A stretch of DNA of 64,000 bases from Microbacterium sp. (GTDB lineage: Bacteria; Actinomycetota; Actinomycetes; Actinomycetales; Microbacteriaceae). Shown in pieces: positions 50,541-59,742 of the stretch (its first letter is position 1; each line of letters starts with the position of its first letter). A model generated the notes under the pieces. It was given only the letters and a program-made list of their open reading frames with translations, was not told the origin of the DNA and did not search any database. The position numbers were made by a program, and so were the translations under genes. The stretch is taken from the NCBI GenBank assembly GCA_017744855.1, contig JAGIAK010000004.1:811-64810 (forward strand), in the 5' to 3' direction.

Positions 50541-51707
50541 TCAGCGGAGGCCGGCGAGGGTCGCCACCCGCAGCGCGGTGTGCAGCTCGCGGCGGACGGC
50601 GCCGTCGGCGAGGTCGACGTCGGCGATCGCGCGCACGCGGTCCAGCCGGTAGTACAGCGTGCTGCGGTGCACGTGCAGATCCTGCGCGGTGCGCTGCGCG
50701 TCGCAGCCGCGGTCGAGGTAGGCCTCGAGGGTCTGGGCGAGGTCGGGGCCTGACTGGGCGGCGAGCAGCAGCTGCACGGGCTCCGGCAGGTCGCCGATCG
50801 TCAGCCGTTCCAGCGGCAGCTGCAGCAGCACCCGATCGAGGCCGAGGTCGTCCCAGTGCACGACGCGGCCCCTAGTGGGGTCGAGCACGGCGCCGCGTGC
50901 CGCGATGCGCGCCTCCCTGCGGGAGCGGTGCACCTGGGCCAGCGGGGCGTGCGCACCGCCGATGCCCGCGTGCAGCGTGGCGAACGCCGGCTGGTCGAGC
51001 AGTGCGGCGAGCCGGTCGCGGTCGATCTCGTAGGGCACGACCAGCACGGCCTCGCCGTCGACGACGGTGCCCACGGCCTTCAGGGTCGGGAACACGGGGA
51101 TGCCGGAGAGCGCGCGGTCGAGCACGAGCCGCAGCGTCGCCGATCCGGGGTCGGCGGGCGGCGGTGCCGAGATGGTGATGACCGTGTAGTGCGGGACGGG
51201 GGAGATGAGTCCTCCGGTGAGGAGTTCGTCGGCCGCTCTGGCGCGCTGGTCGGCGTCGCCGTCGAGCAGGGCGGTGAGGAGGCGCAGGGCTCGGTCCTCG
51301 TCCTCCCGATTGCCCAGGGCCATCGCGGCGAGGGTGACGCCGATGCGGTCGCGCGAGGCACGGATGACGTCGTCCTCGACGAGCTCGTCGTCTGGCGTCT
51401 CTTCGGGGATGGTCGAGGAGACGTACCCGACGAGGTGGCCGTCGTGGCGCACGGGGGCGACGTGCCGGGTGAGGCCGCCGTCCATCGGCGGGATGCGCAC
51501 GGGGCCGTCGGCGTGGCCGACGCGGTATTCGCGGATCGACTCCCGTGCACGCGACGATCCCTTGTGCGCCAGGATGATCGCCAGCCTGGCGTGGTCGACG
51601 TCGCGGTCGTGCACGCTGAACGCGATGACGTTGAACTCGACGTCGAACACGATGATCGGCCGTCCGAGGCGGTCGGCGTACGCCTGCACCTGAGCTTCGA
51701 GATTCAT
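50541..51707 (-). CDS. PucR/CdaR family transcriptional regulator
   Basis: C-terminal TLEAYLD..TAQDLHVHRSTLYYRLDRV HTH; start at ATG 51707 after GAGGTGG. Confidence 0.9.
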   Translation of the reverse strand: MNLEAQVQAYADRLGRPIIVFDVEFNVIAFSVHDRDVDHARLAIILAHKGSSRARESIREYRVGHADGPVRIPPMDGGLTRHVAPVRHDGHLVGYVSSTIPEETPDDELVEDDVIRASRDRIGVTLAAMALGNREDEDRALRLLTALLDGDADQRARAADELLTGGLISPVPHYTVITISAPPPADPGSATLRLVLDRALSGIPVFPTLKAVGTVVDGEAVLVVPYEIDRDRLAALLDQPAFATLHAGIGGAHAPLAQVHRSRREARIAARGAVLDPTRGRVVHWDDLGLDRVLLQLPLERLTIGDLPEPVQLLLAAQSGPDLAQTLEAYLDRGCDAQRTAQDLHVHRSTLYYRLDRVRAIADVDLADGAVRRELHTALRVATLAGLR

Positions 51708-51814
51708 CGTCCACCTCACTGTGCGCCGCGGCGCGCACCTTCGTCGGAGCCGCTGTCTGGATCGGCGATCCGGAATCCCGACAGTGGTGACTTGTCGGCA
51801 TCCGGAATTTCGAC

Positions 51815-51829
51815 CTATATTCAATATAG
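51815..51829. promoter_or_regulatory. Palindrome CTATATT-C-AATATAG overlapping a likely -10 of the TPP enzyme gene
   Basis: Perfect 7-1-7 AT-rich inverted repeat; its core recurs at 54340. Confidence 0.7.
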
Positions 51830-51853
51830 TCAATTTATCGAGAGGCGACCAGT

Positions 51854-53467
51854 ATGGCGAAGATGACAGGCGGCGACGCGCTCACCCAGGCCCTGATCAG
51901 CGAGGGTGTCGACACCGTGTTCGGCATCCCCGGGGTTCAGCTCGACGGCCTCACCGACGGCATGTACCGCCGTCAGGACGAGGTGCACCTGATGGTGCCG
52001 CGGCACGAGCAGAGCACCACGTACATGGCCGACGGCTACCACCGTGTGACCGGGCGTCCCGGCGTCGCGATGGTCGTCCCCGGCCCCGGTGTGCTCAACG
52101 CCGGTGCGGGCATGGCCACCGCCTACGCCTGCTCCTCGCAGGTGATGCTGCTCGCCGGCACGATCCCCTCGCCGCTGGTCGGATCCGGCCTGGGCGCCCT
52201 GCACGAGATCCCGAAGCAGACCGAGACGATCGAGGGTCTCACCAAGTGGACCGCGCGCCCCACGCGTGTCGAGGAGATCCCCGAGCTCGTGCACGAGGGC
52301 TTCCGGCAGATGCGCACAGGACGCCCGCGTCCGGTGGCTCTCGAGCTCGGTCCCGACCTGCTGCACGCCGAGGCCGACCTCGAGGTGGGCGAGCCGTTCG
52401 CCGTCGATGCGCCTGTCGCGCCCGAAGCGGGAGTGGCCGAGATCGTCGCGCTGCTGCGCGCGAGCAGCCGCCCCGTCATCCACGTCGGAGGCGGGGTTCG
52501 CGGCCAGCGCGCGTTCGAGCTGCTGTCCCGCCTCGCCGAGCTCCTCGACGCTCCCGTCGTGATGAGCGAGAACGGACGCGGAGCCATCGACGCCCGCGAT
52601 CCGCACGCCCTGCCGGCCTTCGCCCTGTGGGAGCTGCGCGAGAGCGCGGATGCCGTCGTCTCGTTCGGCAGCCGGTTCCTCACGCCCTTCGGCCAGCAGC
52701 TCTCTGTCGGCGAAGCCCGCCTTGCGCTCGTGAACGTCGACGCCGCCGATCTCGGCGCCCCGCGTCGCCCGGACATCGCCGTGAACGCAGACGCCACCGC
52801 CGTGCTGGCCGCCCTCGTCGAGAGGCTGCAGCCGCAGGAGGGGTGGGGTGACGCGATCCGCCGCCTGCGCGAGGAGGGCGAGGCGCGCGTGCGTGCGCAG
52901 GTCGCGCCGCAGATGGCCTTCGTCGACGCCATCCGCGCGGCGCTGCCCGCGGACGGCGTGTTCGTGAACGAGCTCACGCAGATCGGGTACGTGTCCACCT
53001 ACGGCTTCGAGGTGCAGGCGCCGCGCTCGTACGTCTGGCCGGGATATCAGGGCACCCTCGGCTACGCCATGCCCACCGCGCTGGGGGCGGCCGTCGGCGC
53101 GGGCGACCGTCCCGTCGTCGTCGTCACCGGAGACGGCGGCATCGGATGGTCCCTGCAGGAGTTCGCCACGGCCAAGAAGTACGGTATCCCGCTGATCACC
53201 GTGCTCTTCGAGGACAACCGGTTCGGCAACGTGTGGCGCATCCAGCGCGACACCTACGGCGGCCGTTTCATCGGCTCGGATCTCACCAACCCCGACTTCG
53301 AGCTGCTCACGATGGCGTTCGGCATCGACTTCTCCCTGGCGACGGATGCGGATGCCGTGCAGCGCGCCATCGGCGATGCGATCGCTGCCCGTCGTCCCGC
53401 GGTGATCAAGGTGCCCGTCGACGTATTCCCGTCGCCCTGGGGCTTCATCCACGAGCGCAAGCACTGA
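51854..53467 (+). CDS. Thiamine pyrophosphate-dependent enzyme (decarboxylase/acetolactate synthase-like)
   Basis: VFGIPG, RHEQ..YMADGY and GDGG..N TPP-binding motif. Confidence 0.9.
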   Translation: MAKMTGGDALTQALISEGVDTVFGIPGVQLDGLTDGMYRRQDEVHLMVPRHEQSTTYMADGYHRVTGRPGVAMVVPGPGVLNAGAGMATAYACSSQVMLLAGTIPSPLVGSGLGALHEIPKQTETIEGLTKWTARPTRVEEIPELVHEGFRQMRTGRPRPVALELGPDLLHAEADLEVGEPFAVDAPVAPEAGVAEIVALLRASSRPVIHVGGGVRGQRAFELLSRLAELLDAPVVMSENGRGAIDARDPHALPAFALWELRESADAVVSFGSRFLTPFGQQLSVGEARLALVNVDAADLGAPRRPDIAVNADATAVLAALVERLQPQEGWGDAIRRLREEGEARVRAQVAPQMAFVDAIRAALPADGVFVNELTQIGYVSTYGFEVQAPRSYVWPGYQGTLGYAMPTALGAAVGAGDRPVVVVTGDGGIGWSLQEFATAKKYGIPLITVLFEDNRFGNVWRIQRDTYGGRFIGSDLTNPDFELLTMAFGIDFSLATDADAVQRAIGDAIAARRPAVIKVPVDVFPSPWGFIHERKH

Positions 53468-53551
53468 GGTCGGAAGGTCGCGGAACCGTCGGCCGGGTGC
53501 GCCCCGACCGGCGGTTCTGCGACCGGAGCGCGATCGTCGACGTCGCTGTGC

Positions 53552-53566
53552 GTCTACTGTGTAGAC
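53552..53566. promoter_or_regulatory. Palindrome GTCTAC-TGT-GTAGAC over a -10-like TACTGT, possible GntR autoregulatory site
   Basis: 6-3-6 inverted repeat 35 bp upstream of the regulator start. Confidence 0.5.
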
Positions 53567-53600
53567 ACGCAGGCTCGTCGGAATCGGAAGGGGGTGCGCG

Positions 53601-54281
53601 GTGTCGCAGATCACGAACGCCGCCGTCGCGGTGCAGGTCGCCCGTGCGCTGGAGCAGGAGATCACCGCGGAGTCCTGGAAGCCAGGGCACTTCATAGGCC
53701 GTCGTCAGGAGCTCGCCACGCGCTTCGGCGTCGCACCGGCGACCCTCGGCGAGGCGATCCAGCTGCTGCGCTCCCGGGGCATCGTCGATGCCAAGCCCGG
53801 CCCCGGCGGCGGCATCTTCGTCGCCGACCGCTCGCCGTTCACGCAGCTCAGCGATCAGCTGCTGCGTCTGCGGGAGAGCGCGGCGACGGTGACCAACTGC
53901 CTGCGCGTGCTCGACGCGCTCGACAGCACGGTGCTGCACGATGCGGTCGAGTTCGCGACCGATGCCGACATCGCCGACGTGCAGCGTCTCGCGGGGGAGC
54001 TGGAGGCCGCGTGGGGAACGCCGGCGGGCTCGACCGCCAACTGGGCGCTGCACGCGCGCATCGCGCGGATCACTCCCAACGAGCTGCTGCGCAGTCTCTA
54101 CACGAACCTGGTCGACTACATCACGGTCGAGGAGCTGGACGGGGCGACGGCGCCGACCACGCCAGAGCGTCTGCAGACGCACCTCGACTTCGCCGCGGCC
54201 GTCGCGCGCCGCGACCACGGTCTCGCCGAGTCGGCGATCCAGCGGCACCGCGGCTCTTCGATGGCCGCCGTCCTGCCCTGA
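53601..54281 (+). CDS. FadR/GntR family transcriptional regulator
   Basis: wHTH (ELATRFGVAPATLGEAIQLL..GPGGGIFV) plus FCD-like C-terminus. Confidence 0.85.
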   Translation: MSQITNAAVAVQVARALEQEITAESWKPGHFIGRRQELATRFGVAPATLGEAIQLLRSRGIVDAKPGPGGGIFVADRSPFTQLSDQLLRLRESAATVTNCLRVLDALDSTVLHDAVEFATDADIADVQRLAGELEAAWGTPAGSTANWALHARIARITPNELLRSLYTNLVDYITVEELDGATAPTTPERLQTHLDFAAAVARRDHGLAESAIQRHRGSSMAAVLP

Positions 54282-54308
54282 CCGGACGTCGAACCTGAGC
54301 TCGACGGG

Positions 54309-54350
54309 TTGACAGGTGCGCCCTCCGACAATATTGTTCATATTCAATAT
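54309..54350 (+). promoter_or_regulatory. SigmaA-like promoter TTGACA-N17-TATTGT with operator ATATTCAATAT at the start site
   Basis: TTGACA 54309-54314, TATTGT 54332-54337, palindrome 54340-54350. Confidence 0.75.
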
Positions 54351-54382
54351 TGATAATTACCTCGCCCCGAGGAGGAGCCCGC

Positions 54383-55432
54383 ATGGCACTCGAATTCCGC
54401 AGCGTGATCGACCGGATGCTGGCCGCTCCCAACCGCCCGGCGCGCGGCACCCTGCCCCCGATCCGGCTGTCGCAGAACGAGATGCCGTGGGAGCCCGCGC
54501 CCGTGATCGTCGACGCGATGGAGAAGGCCGCGCGCACCGCGCACCGCTACCCCGACTACCACCGCACCGCCGCCCGCGCCGCAGTCGCGGCATCCCTCGG
54601 CCTCGACGTCGAGCGCATCGCCATCGACAACGGCTCCGGCTCCCTGCTGCACGGACTCGCGCGCCTCGTCTGCGAACCGGGAGTGCACGGCGTGTACTGC
54701 TGGCCCTCGTTCGAGGCCTACCCCGCCGCCCTCGGCCTCGCCGGCGCCCAGAGCACCCCGGTGGACCTCGACGAGCAGGGGGCCATGGATCTCGCGGCCA
54801 TGGCGGCGGCCATCACGCCGCAGACGCGGATCGCCTACCTCTGCAACCCCAACAACCCCACCGGCGGATTCATCGGCGCCGACGGCATCCGCGCCTTCCT
54901 CCGGGACGTGCCGTCGAACGTCCTCGTCGTGCTCGACGAGGCCTATCGCGAGTTCGTCACTGCCGAGCCGATCGAGGCGACGACAGCGCTGCTGGACGAG
55001 TTCCCCAACCTCGTGATCCTGCGCACGCTGTCGAAGTCGCACGGTCTCGCCGGCATCCGCGCAGGCTATGCCGCGGCATCGCCGCGCATCGCCGAGGCGC
55101 TGCGCCGCACGTCGGTCGGGTTCGCGCTGAACAGCGTGGCCGAGGCCGCCGTCATCGCCGCGTTCGGTCCGGAGGGACAGGCGGTGGCCGACACGCGGAT
55201 CGCCGTCATCGTGTCGGAGCGGGAGCGGATGCTGGACGCCCTCCGCACCGCTGGTGTGTCGGTGCTGCCCAGCCAGTCGAACTTCCTCTTCGTGCACGGC
55301 GACGCCGCCGAGTTGCTGGAGCGGTTCGAGGCGCAGGGCGTGCTCGCCCGCCCCTTCCCGCACGCGGGGGGAGCACGCGTGACGGTCGGACTGCCGGCCG
55401 AGAACGACGCGGCGCTGGCCGCACTGCTCTGA
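54383..55432 (+). CDS. PLP-dependent aminotransferase, HisC/aromatic aminotransferase family
   Basis: LSQNE, CNPNNPTG, LDEAY and RTLSKSHGLAGIRAGY motifs; GAGGAG RBS. Confidence 0.9.
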   Translation: MALEFRSVIDRMLAAPNRPARGTLPPIRLSQNEMPWEPAPVIVDAMEKAARTAHRYPDYHRTAARAAVAASLGLDVERIAIDNGSGSLLHGLARLVCEPGVHGVYCWPSFEAYPAALGLAGAQSTPVDLDEQGAMDLAAMAAAITPQTRIAYLCNPNNPTGGFIGADGIRAFLRDVPSNVLVVLDEAYREFVTAEPIEATTALLDEFPNLVILRTLSKSHGLAGIRAGYAAASPRIAEALRRTSVGFALNSVAEAAVIAAFGPEGQAVADTRIAVIVSERERMLDALRTAGVSVLPSQSNFLFVHGDAAELLERFEAQGVLARPFPHAGGARVTVGLPAENDAALAALL

Positions 55433-55437
55433 TCCGA

Positions 55438-55468
55438 CCCCGCCTCCGACACAGTGTCGGAGGCGGGG
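55438..55468. promoter_or_regulatory. Extended palindrome with core TCCGACAC-A-GTGTCGGA, putative activator site 4
   Basis: Centre 55453 lies 64 bp upstream of TACGCT (55517). Confidence 0.6.
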
Positions 55469-55597
55469 GAGCGGACTTCGGAGCCGCCACCGATGAACCG
55501 TCCACCCCACGGTTCGTACGCTGACAGACATCACGAACGCCGAGGTTCGGACCCGAAACCGGACCACGGCGAGACCCGCACCGTGTGCGCGAAGGGA

Positions 55598-57373
55598 ATG
55601 GCAGTGACTGCGACGATCGATTTCGAGCGCGACAGGCGCGCATCGCAGCGCCGGGCCTTCTCGGGCGGCGTGCTGTGGACCGCGTTCATCGCCGCGCTCA
55701 CCCTGATCTTCGTGTTCCCGGTGTCGATGATCGTGATCGGCGCCTTCCGCGACGGCCTCCCGTCCGACAACATCCCCTTCACGATCGGCGGCCTCGTCGA
55801 GGCGTTCCAGGACAAGGCCACGTGGACCACGATGGGGAACTCCGTCATCCTCGTCGTCGTCTGCGGCACGATCTCGGTCGCCGGCGGCGGGCTCTTCGCC
55901 TGGATCGCGGCCAACACGAACGTGCCTGGTCGCAAGCTCCTCACGCCGCTGATGGCCGTGAACCTCTTCGTGCCACCGCTGTTCCACACCCTCGGCTGGA
56001 TCATGCTCGGCAACGCGCAGAACGGGCTGATCAACCAGTTCGCCCGGATGCTGGGGGCCACCGGTCCCGTGATGAACATCCAGGGATGGGGCGGCCTGAT
56101 CCTGCTCATGTCGCTGGGGTACATGCCCTTCGCGTACCTGCTGATGCTCGGCGCCTTCAAGAACCGCGACCAGTCGCTCGACGAGGCGGCGGCGATCAGC
56201 GGCGCCGGCGCCGTGCGCACCTTCTTCACCATCACGCTGCCCTCGGTCGGCCCGGCGATCACGGGGGCCGCGATCCTCATCGCCGTGCTGGTGTTCCAGG
56301 CCTTCGACAGCCCGCAGCTCATCGGCCGTCAGGCGAACATCTTCGTCTTCTCGACGCAGATCTACCACTACGTGCGCGACCAGGCGCCCGCCGAGTACAC
56401 CAAGGCGTTCGCCCTGTCGCTCGTGCTCATCGTGCTCGTGCTCGCGCTGTTCGTGGCCCAGCGCTGGCTGCTGCGCGGCCGCAGCTTCACCACCCTCACC
56501 GGCAAGACCTCGCGCCGGGAGCCGCAGGAGCTGGGACCGGTGCGCTGGGTGTTCACGGCCCTGATCGTCGTGTTCACGCTGCTCAACCTCGTGCTCCCGC
56601 TGTTCGCCATGATCCTCGGCAGCCTGCAGCCGATCTTCGGCGTGATGAGCACCGGGCTCACCTTCGACAACTACGTCGAGATGCTCACCGACCCCGTGTT
56701 CAGCTCCAGCCTGACGCTCACGGCGTGGCTGGCCGTGATCGGCGGCTTCGGCTCGATCGCGATCGCGATGCTCACCGCCTACGTCACGGCACGCCGCACC
56801 GGCTTCATCCGCTCGTACACGTCCTTCGCCGTGTGGATCCCGTGGGCGCTTCCCGGCATCGTACTGGCGCTCGCCTACATGTTCGCGGTGCTGTACGTGC
56901 CGGCGTTCCGGGGGCTGTACGGCTCGGCGTTCCTGATGACGCTCGTGCTCATCGTCGCCACCATCCCCGTGTCGAGCCGCATCGCCGAGGGAGCGCTCGC
57001 CCAGCTCTCGCCCGAGCTCGAGGAGGCCGGACGCACCTCCGGCGCCGGGTCCTGGCGCGTGCTGCTGAGCATCGTGCTGCGGCTCGTCATCCCCAGCTTC
57101 CTGTCGGGATGGTTCCTTTCGGCCCTGTTCATCTCCGGCAACCTCGCCGTGCCCATGCTGCTCGCCCCGCCGGGACTCCAGCCGGTCTCGCTGACCGCGT
57201 TCCAGCAGTTCCTGCAGGGCAACATGTCGCAGGGCGCCGCCCTCTTCATGATCATCCTCATCGCGGCCATGGCCGTGCTCGCGCTCGCCGCGCTCTCGAT
57301 GAAGCTCGGCTCGCGCCTGCGCAGGGGCTCCGGCTCCGCGCCCTCCGTCCCCCTCACCCGAATCACACCCTGA
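55598..57373 (+). CDS. ABC transporter permease with two fused domains (FbpB/ThiP-like)
   Basis: Two EAA loops (LDEAAAISGA, LEEAGRTSGA); start at ATG 55598. Confidence 0.9.
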   Translation: MAVTATIDFERDRRASQRRAFSGGVLWTAFIAALTLIFVFPVSMIVIGAFRDGLPSDNIPFTIGGLVEAFQDKATWTTMGNSVILVVVCGTISVAGGGLFAWIAANTNVPGRKLLTPLMAVNLFVPPLFHTLGWIMLGNAQNGLINQFARMLGATGPVMNIQGWGGLILLMSLGYMPFAYLLMLGAFKNRDQSLDEAAAISGAGAVRTFFTITLPSVGPAITGAAILIAVLVFQAFDSPQLIGRQANIFVFSTQIYHYVRDQAPAEYTKAFALSLVLIVLVLALFVAQRWLLRGRSFTTLTGKTSRREPQELGPVRWVFTALIVVFTLLNLVLPLFAMILGSLQPIFGVMSTGLTFDNYVEMLTDPVFSSSLTLTAWLAVIGGFGSIAIAMLTAYVTARRTGFIRSYTSFAVWIPWALPGIVLALAYMFAVLYVPAFRGLYGSAFLMTLVLIVATIPVSSRIAEGALAQLSPELEEAGRTSGAGSWRVLLSIVLRLVIPSFLSGWFLSALFISGNLAVPMLLAPPGLQPVSLTAFQQFLQGNMSQGAALFMIILIAAMAVLALAALSMKLGSRLRRGSGSAPSVPLTRITP

Positions 57374-57395
57374 CACCACCCGAGAGGCAGTAACA

Positions 57396-58514
57396 ATGAT
57401 GTTCTCCCGCAAGACAGCACGGTTCACCGCGGCGCTCGTCGCCGCCGGTGCCCTCACCGCCCTCACCGCCTGCTCGTCGGGCGCAGCCGCCGCGAAGCCC
57501 GACAAGCCGATCGAGGTCCCCGGAGCGACCGACGACGCGAACGCGTACATGAACGAGCTCTACGACAAGGCGGTGAAGGACGGCAAGACCGACATCGTCC
57601 TCTACGGCCCCAGCGTCTCGGCGCAGAAGGACCTCTTCGAGGTGTTCACCGACCGGTTCCCCGGCATCAAGATGGTGCAGCAGGACCAGCCGGATGCGCA
57701 GAGCATCACCAAGATCGAGGCCGAGGCGCAGAGCGGCAGCAAGATCGCCGACATCTACGACGGCGGCGAGTCGCCCCAGGTCGCCGCGGAGGAGGGCATC
57801 TGCACCAAGGCGGACGTGCGCACCGCGCCGGCCGGCTTCGAGATCCCCGGCGACTTCGACGGACGCCTCACCTACTACGCGATGCGCTACTTCGTGTTCG
57901 TCTACAACACCGACATGGTGAAGAAGGACGAGGCGCCCAAGAACTGGGACGACCTGCTCGACCCCAAGTGGAAGGGCAAGATCACCGTCGGCGACCCCAC
58001 GGTGCCCGGCGGCATCCGCTACATCCTCACCTCGCTGATGGTGCCCGACAGCGAGGCGACCTGGGGCAAGTCGTACATCGAGAAGCTCGCCGCGCAGGAC
58101 GTGCAGTTCGCCCAGTCCGAGCCGAACGTGCCCGCAGACGTCGCCAGCGGCCGCTTCCCGATCGGCATCGCCGTGTACCAGGGCTTCTACGAGGACGTGA
58201 AGGCGAAGGGCGGACCCATCGAGGCCGTGTTCCCGCTCGACGACGGCGGCAACTTCATGTCGCGCACCGGCATGTGCATCATCGACGACAGCCCCCACCC
58301 CGACGCCGCCCAGCTGTACATCAACTGGCTGTACTCGCCGGAGGGCCAGAAGGCGCTCGCCGAGAAGAACCGTTCCTACGGCTGGACCCCCGAGGCTCCC
58401 GGCCCGCAGGGCACCCCGCCGCTGAACGAGCTCAAGCGCGTGCCGTTCGCGAACTCCGACCCCGAGTTCAACCAGCCCTACTTCGACTTCATCACCGAGC
58501 AGTTCACGAAGTAG
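57396..58514 (+). CDS. ABC transporter substrate-binding lipoprotein (AfuA/FbpA-like family)
   Basis: Lipobox LTAC; PKNWDDLLDPKWKGKI and PHPDAAQLYINWLYSPEGQ motifs. Confidence 0.9.
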   Translation: MMFSRKTARFTAALVAAGALTALTACSSGAAAAKPDKPIEVPGATDDANAYMNELYDKAVKDGKTDIVLYGPSVSAQKDLFEVFTDRFPGIKMVQQDQPDAQSITKIEAEAQSGSKIADIYDGGESPQVAAEEGICTKADVRTAPAGFEIPGDFDGRLTYYAMRYFVFVYNTDMVKKDEAPKNWDDLLDPKWKGKITVGDPTVPGGIRYILTSLMVPDSEATWGKSYIEKLAAQDVQFAQSEPNVPADVASGRFPIGIAVYQGFYEDVKAKGGPIEAVFPLDDGGNFMSRTGMCIIDDSPHPDAAQLYINWLYSPEGQKALAEKNRSYGWTPEAPGPQGTPPLNELKRVPFANSDPEFNQPYFDFITEQFTK

Positions 58515-58557
58515 CCGCCCCCTTTCCCGAATCTCCTGCGAGAAGGCGAGACAACCC

Positions 58558-59712
58558 ATGACCGAGGTCCAGGTCTCCGGACTGACCAAGCGATACGGCA
58601 GCAAGTCGGCGCTGCACGGACTCGATCTGACGATCGGATCCGGCGAGTTCGTCACCCTGCTCGGCCCCTCGGGCTGCGGCAAGACGACGACGCTGCGCTG
58701 CCTCGCTGGCCTCGAGCGCCCGACCACCGGTCGGATCAGCATGGGTGATCGCGTCGTCGTCGACACCGACCGCAAGACCTTCGTCCCTGCGGACAAGCGT
58801 CAGGTCGGCATGGTGTTCCAGAGCTACGCGCTCTGGCCGCACATGAGCGTGGCGGAGAACGTCGCCTACCCGCTCAAGGTGGCCAGGCTCGGTGCCCAGG
58901 ACCGCCAGAAGCGGATGCGCGAGATGCTCGCCGCCGTCGGCCTCGCGGAGTTCGAGAAGCGTCCGGTCACCGCCCTGTCGGGCGGCCAGCAGCAGCGCGT
59001 CGCCCTGGCGCGCGCCCTGGCCGCCCGGCCCGGCATCATCTTCTACGACGAGCCGCTGTCCAACCTCGACTCCAAGCTGCGTTACCAGATGGGCCAGCAG
59101 GTGCGTGCCCTGCACAACCAGTTCGAGACGACCTCGGTCTACGTCACGCACGATCAGGAGGAGGCGATCACGCTCTCCGACCGCATCATCGTGATGAGCG
59201 AGGGCGAGATCGTGCAGGACGGCGCCCCCGCCGAGCTCTACGACCGCCCGCAGTCCGCCTACGTGGCCGACTTCATGGGCTTCCAGAACATCCTCCCCGG
59301 CTCGGTCGTGGCCGTCGACGGCGACGTCGCCGACATCCGCATCGACGGCACGTCGCTCGTCATCGCGGGCACGGCGACGACGTCCGTCGCCGTCGGCGAT
59401 CGTGCGGACATCGCGTTCCGCGCCGCCCACGTGCGCACGACGGATGCCGAGTCCTCCGGCGCCGGGCGGTTCACCGGCGACGTGGAGCGCACCACCTACC
59501 TCGGCAGCGCCGTCAACCTGCTGGCGCGCGCCGACGGCCTGCCGCTGCGCGTGCGAGTGGAGACGTCGGACCTCGCCGCCGACGCGGTGCCGAAGCCGGG
59601 AGAGCAGCTGCGCTTCGCGGTGAACCCCGCCCGCGCCGTCGTGATCAGCCGCCAGCCGTCGGAGGACGACTACCTCACCGTCGAGACGAACGCCATCGTC
59701 TCTCCGCGCTGA
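58558..59712 (+). CDS. ABC transporter ATP-binding protein (PotA/FbpC-like)
   Basis: GPSGCGKTT, LSGGQQQRVALARAL and DEPLSNLD motifs. Confidence 0.93.
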   Translation: MTEVQVSGLTKRYGSKSALHGLDLTIGSGEFVTLLGPSGCGKTTTLRCLAGLERPTTGRISMGDRVVVDTDRKTFVPADKRQVGMVFQSYALWPHMSVAENVAYPLKVARLGAQDRQKRMREMLAAVGLAEFEKRPVTALSGGQQQRVALARALAARPGIIFYDEPLSNLDSKLRYQMGQQVRALHNQFETTSVYVTHDQEEAITLSDRIIVMSEGEIVQDGAPAELYDRPQSAYVADFMGFQNILPGSVVAVDGDVADIRIDGTSLVIAGTATTSVAVGDRADIAFRAAHVRTTDAESSGAGRFTGDVERTTYLGSAVNLLARADGLPLRVRVETSDLAADAVPKPGEQLRFAVNPARAVVISRQPSEDDYLTVETNAIVSPR

Positions 59713-59742
59713 CGCGCCCCACGACATCCAGAAAGGAAGAAC

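Noticed and set aside
54344-57550. 1068-aa minus-strand ORF, and similar long Arg/Ala/Gly-rich ORFs such as 58504..61083, 31709..33820 and 10585..12543
   Set aside because: They overlap well-supported genes in other frames and are low-complexity products of stop-codon scarcity.
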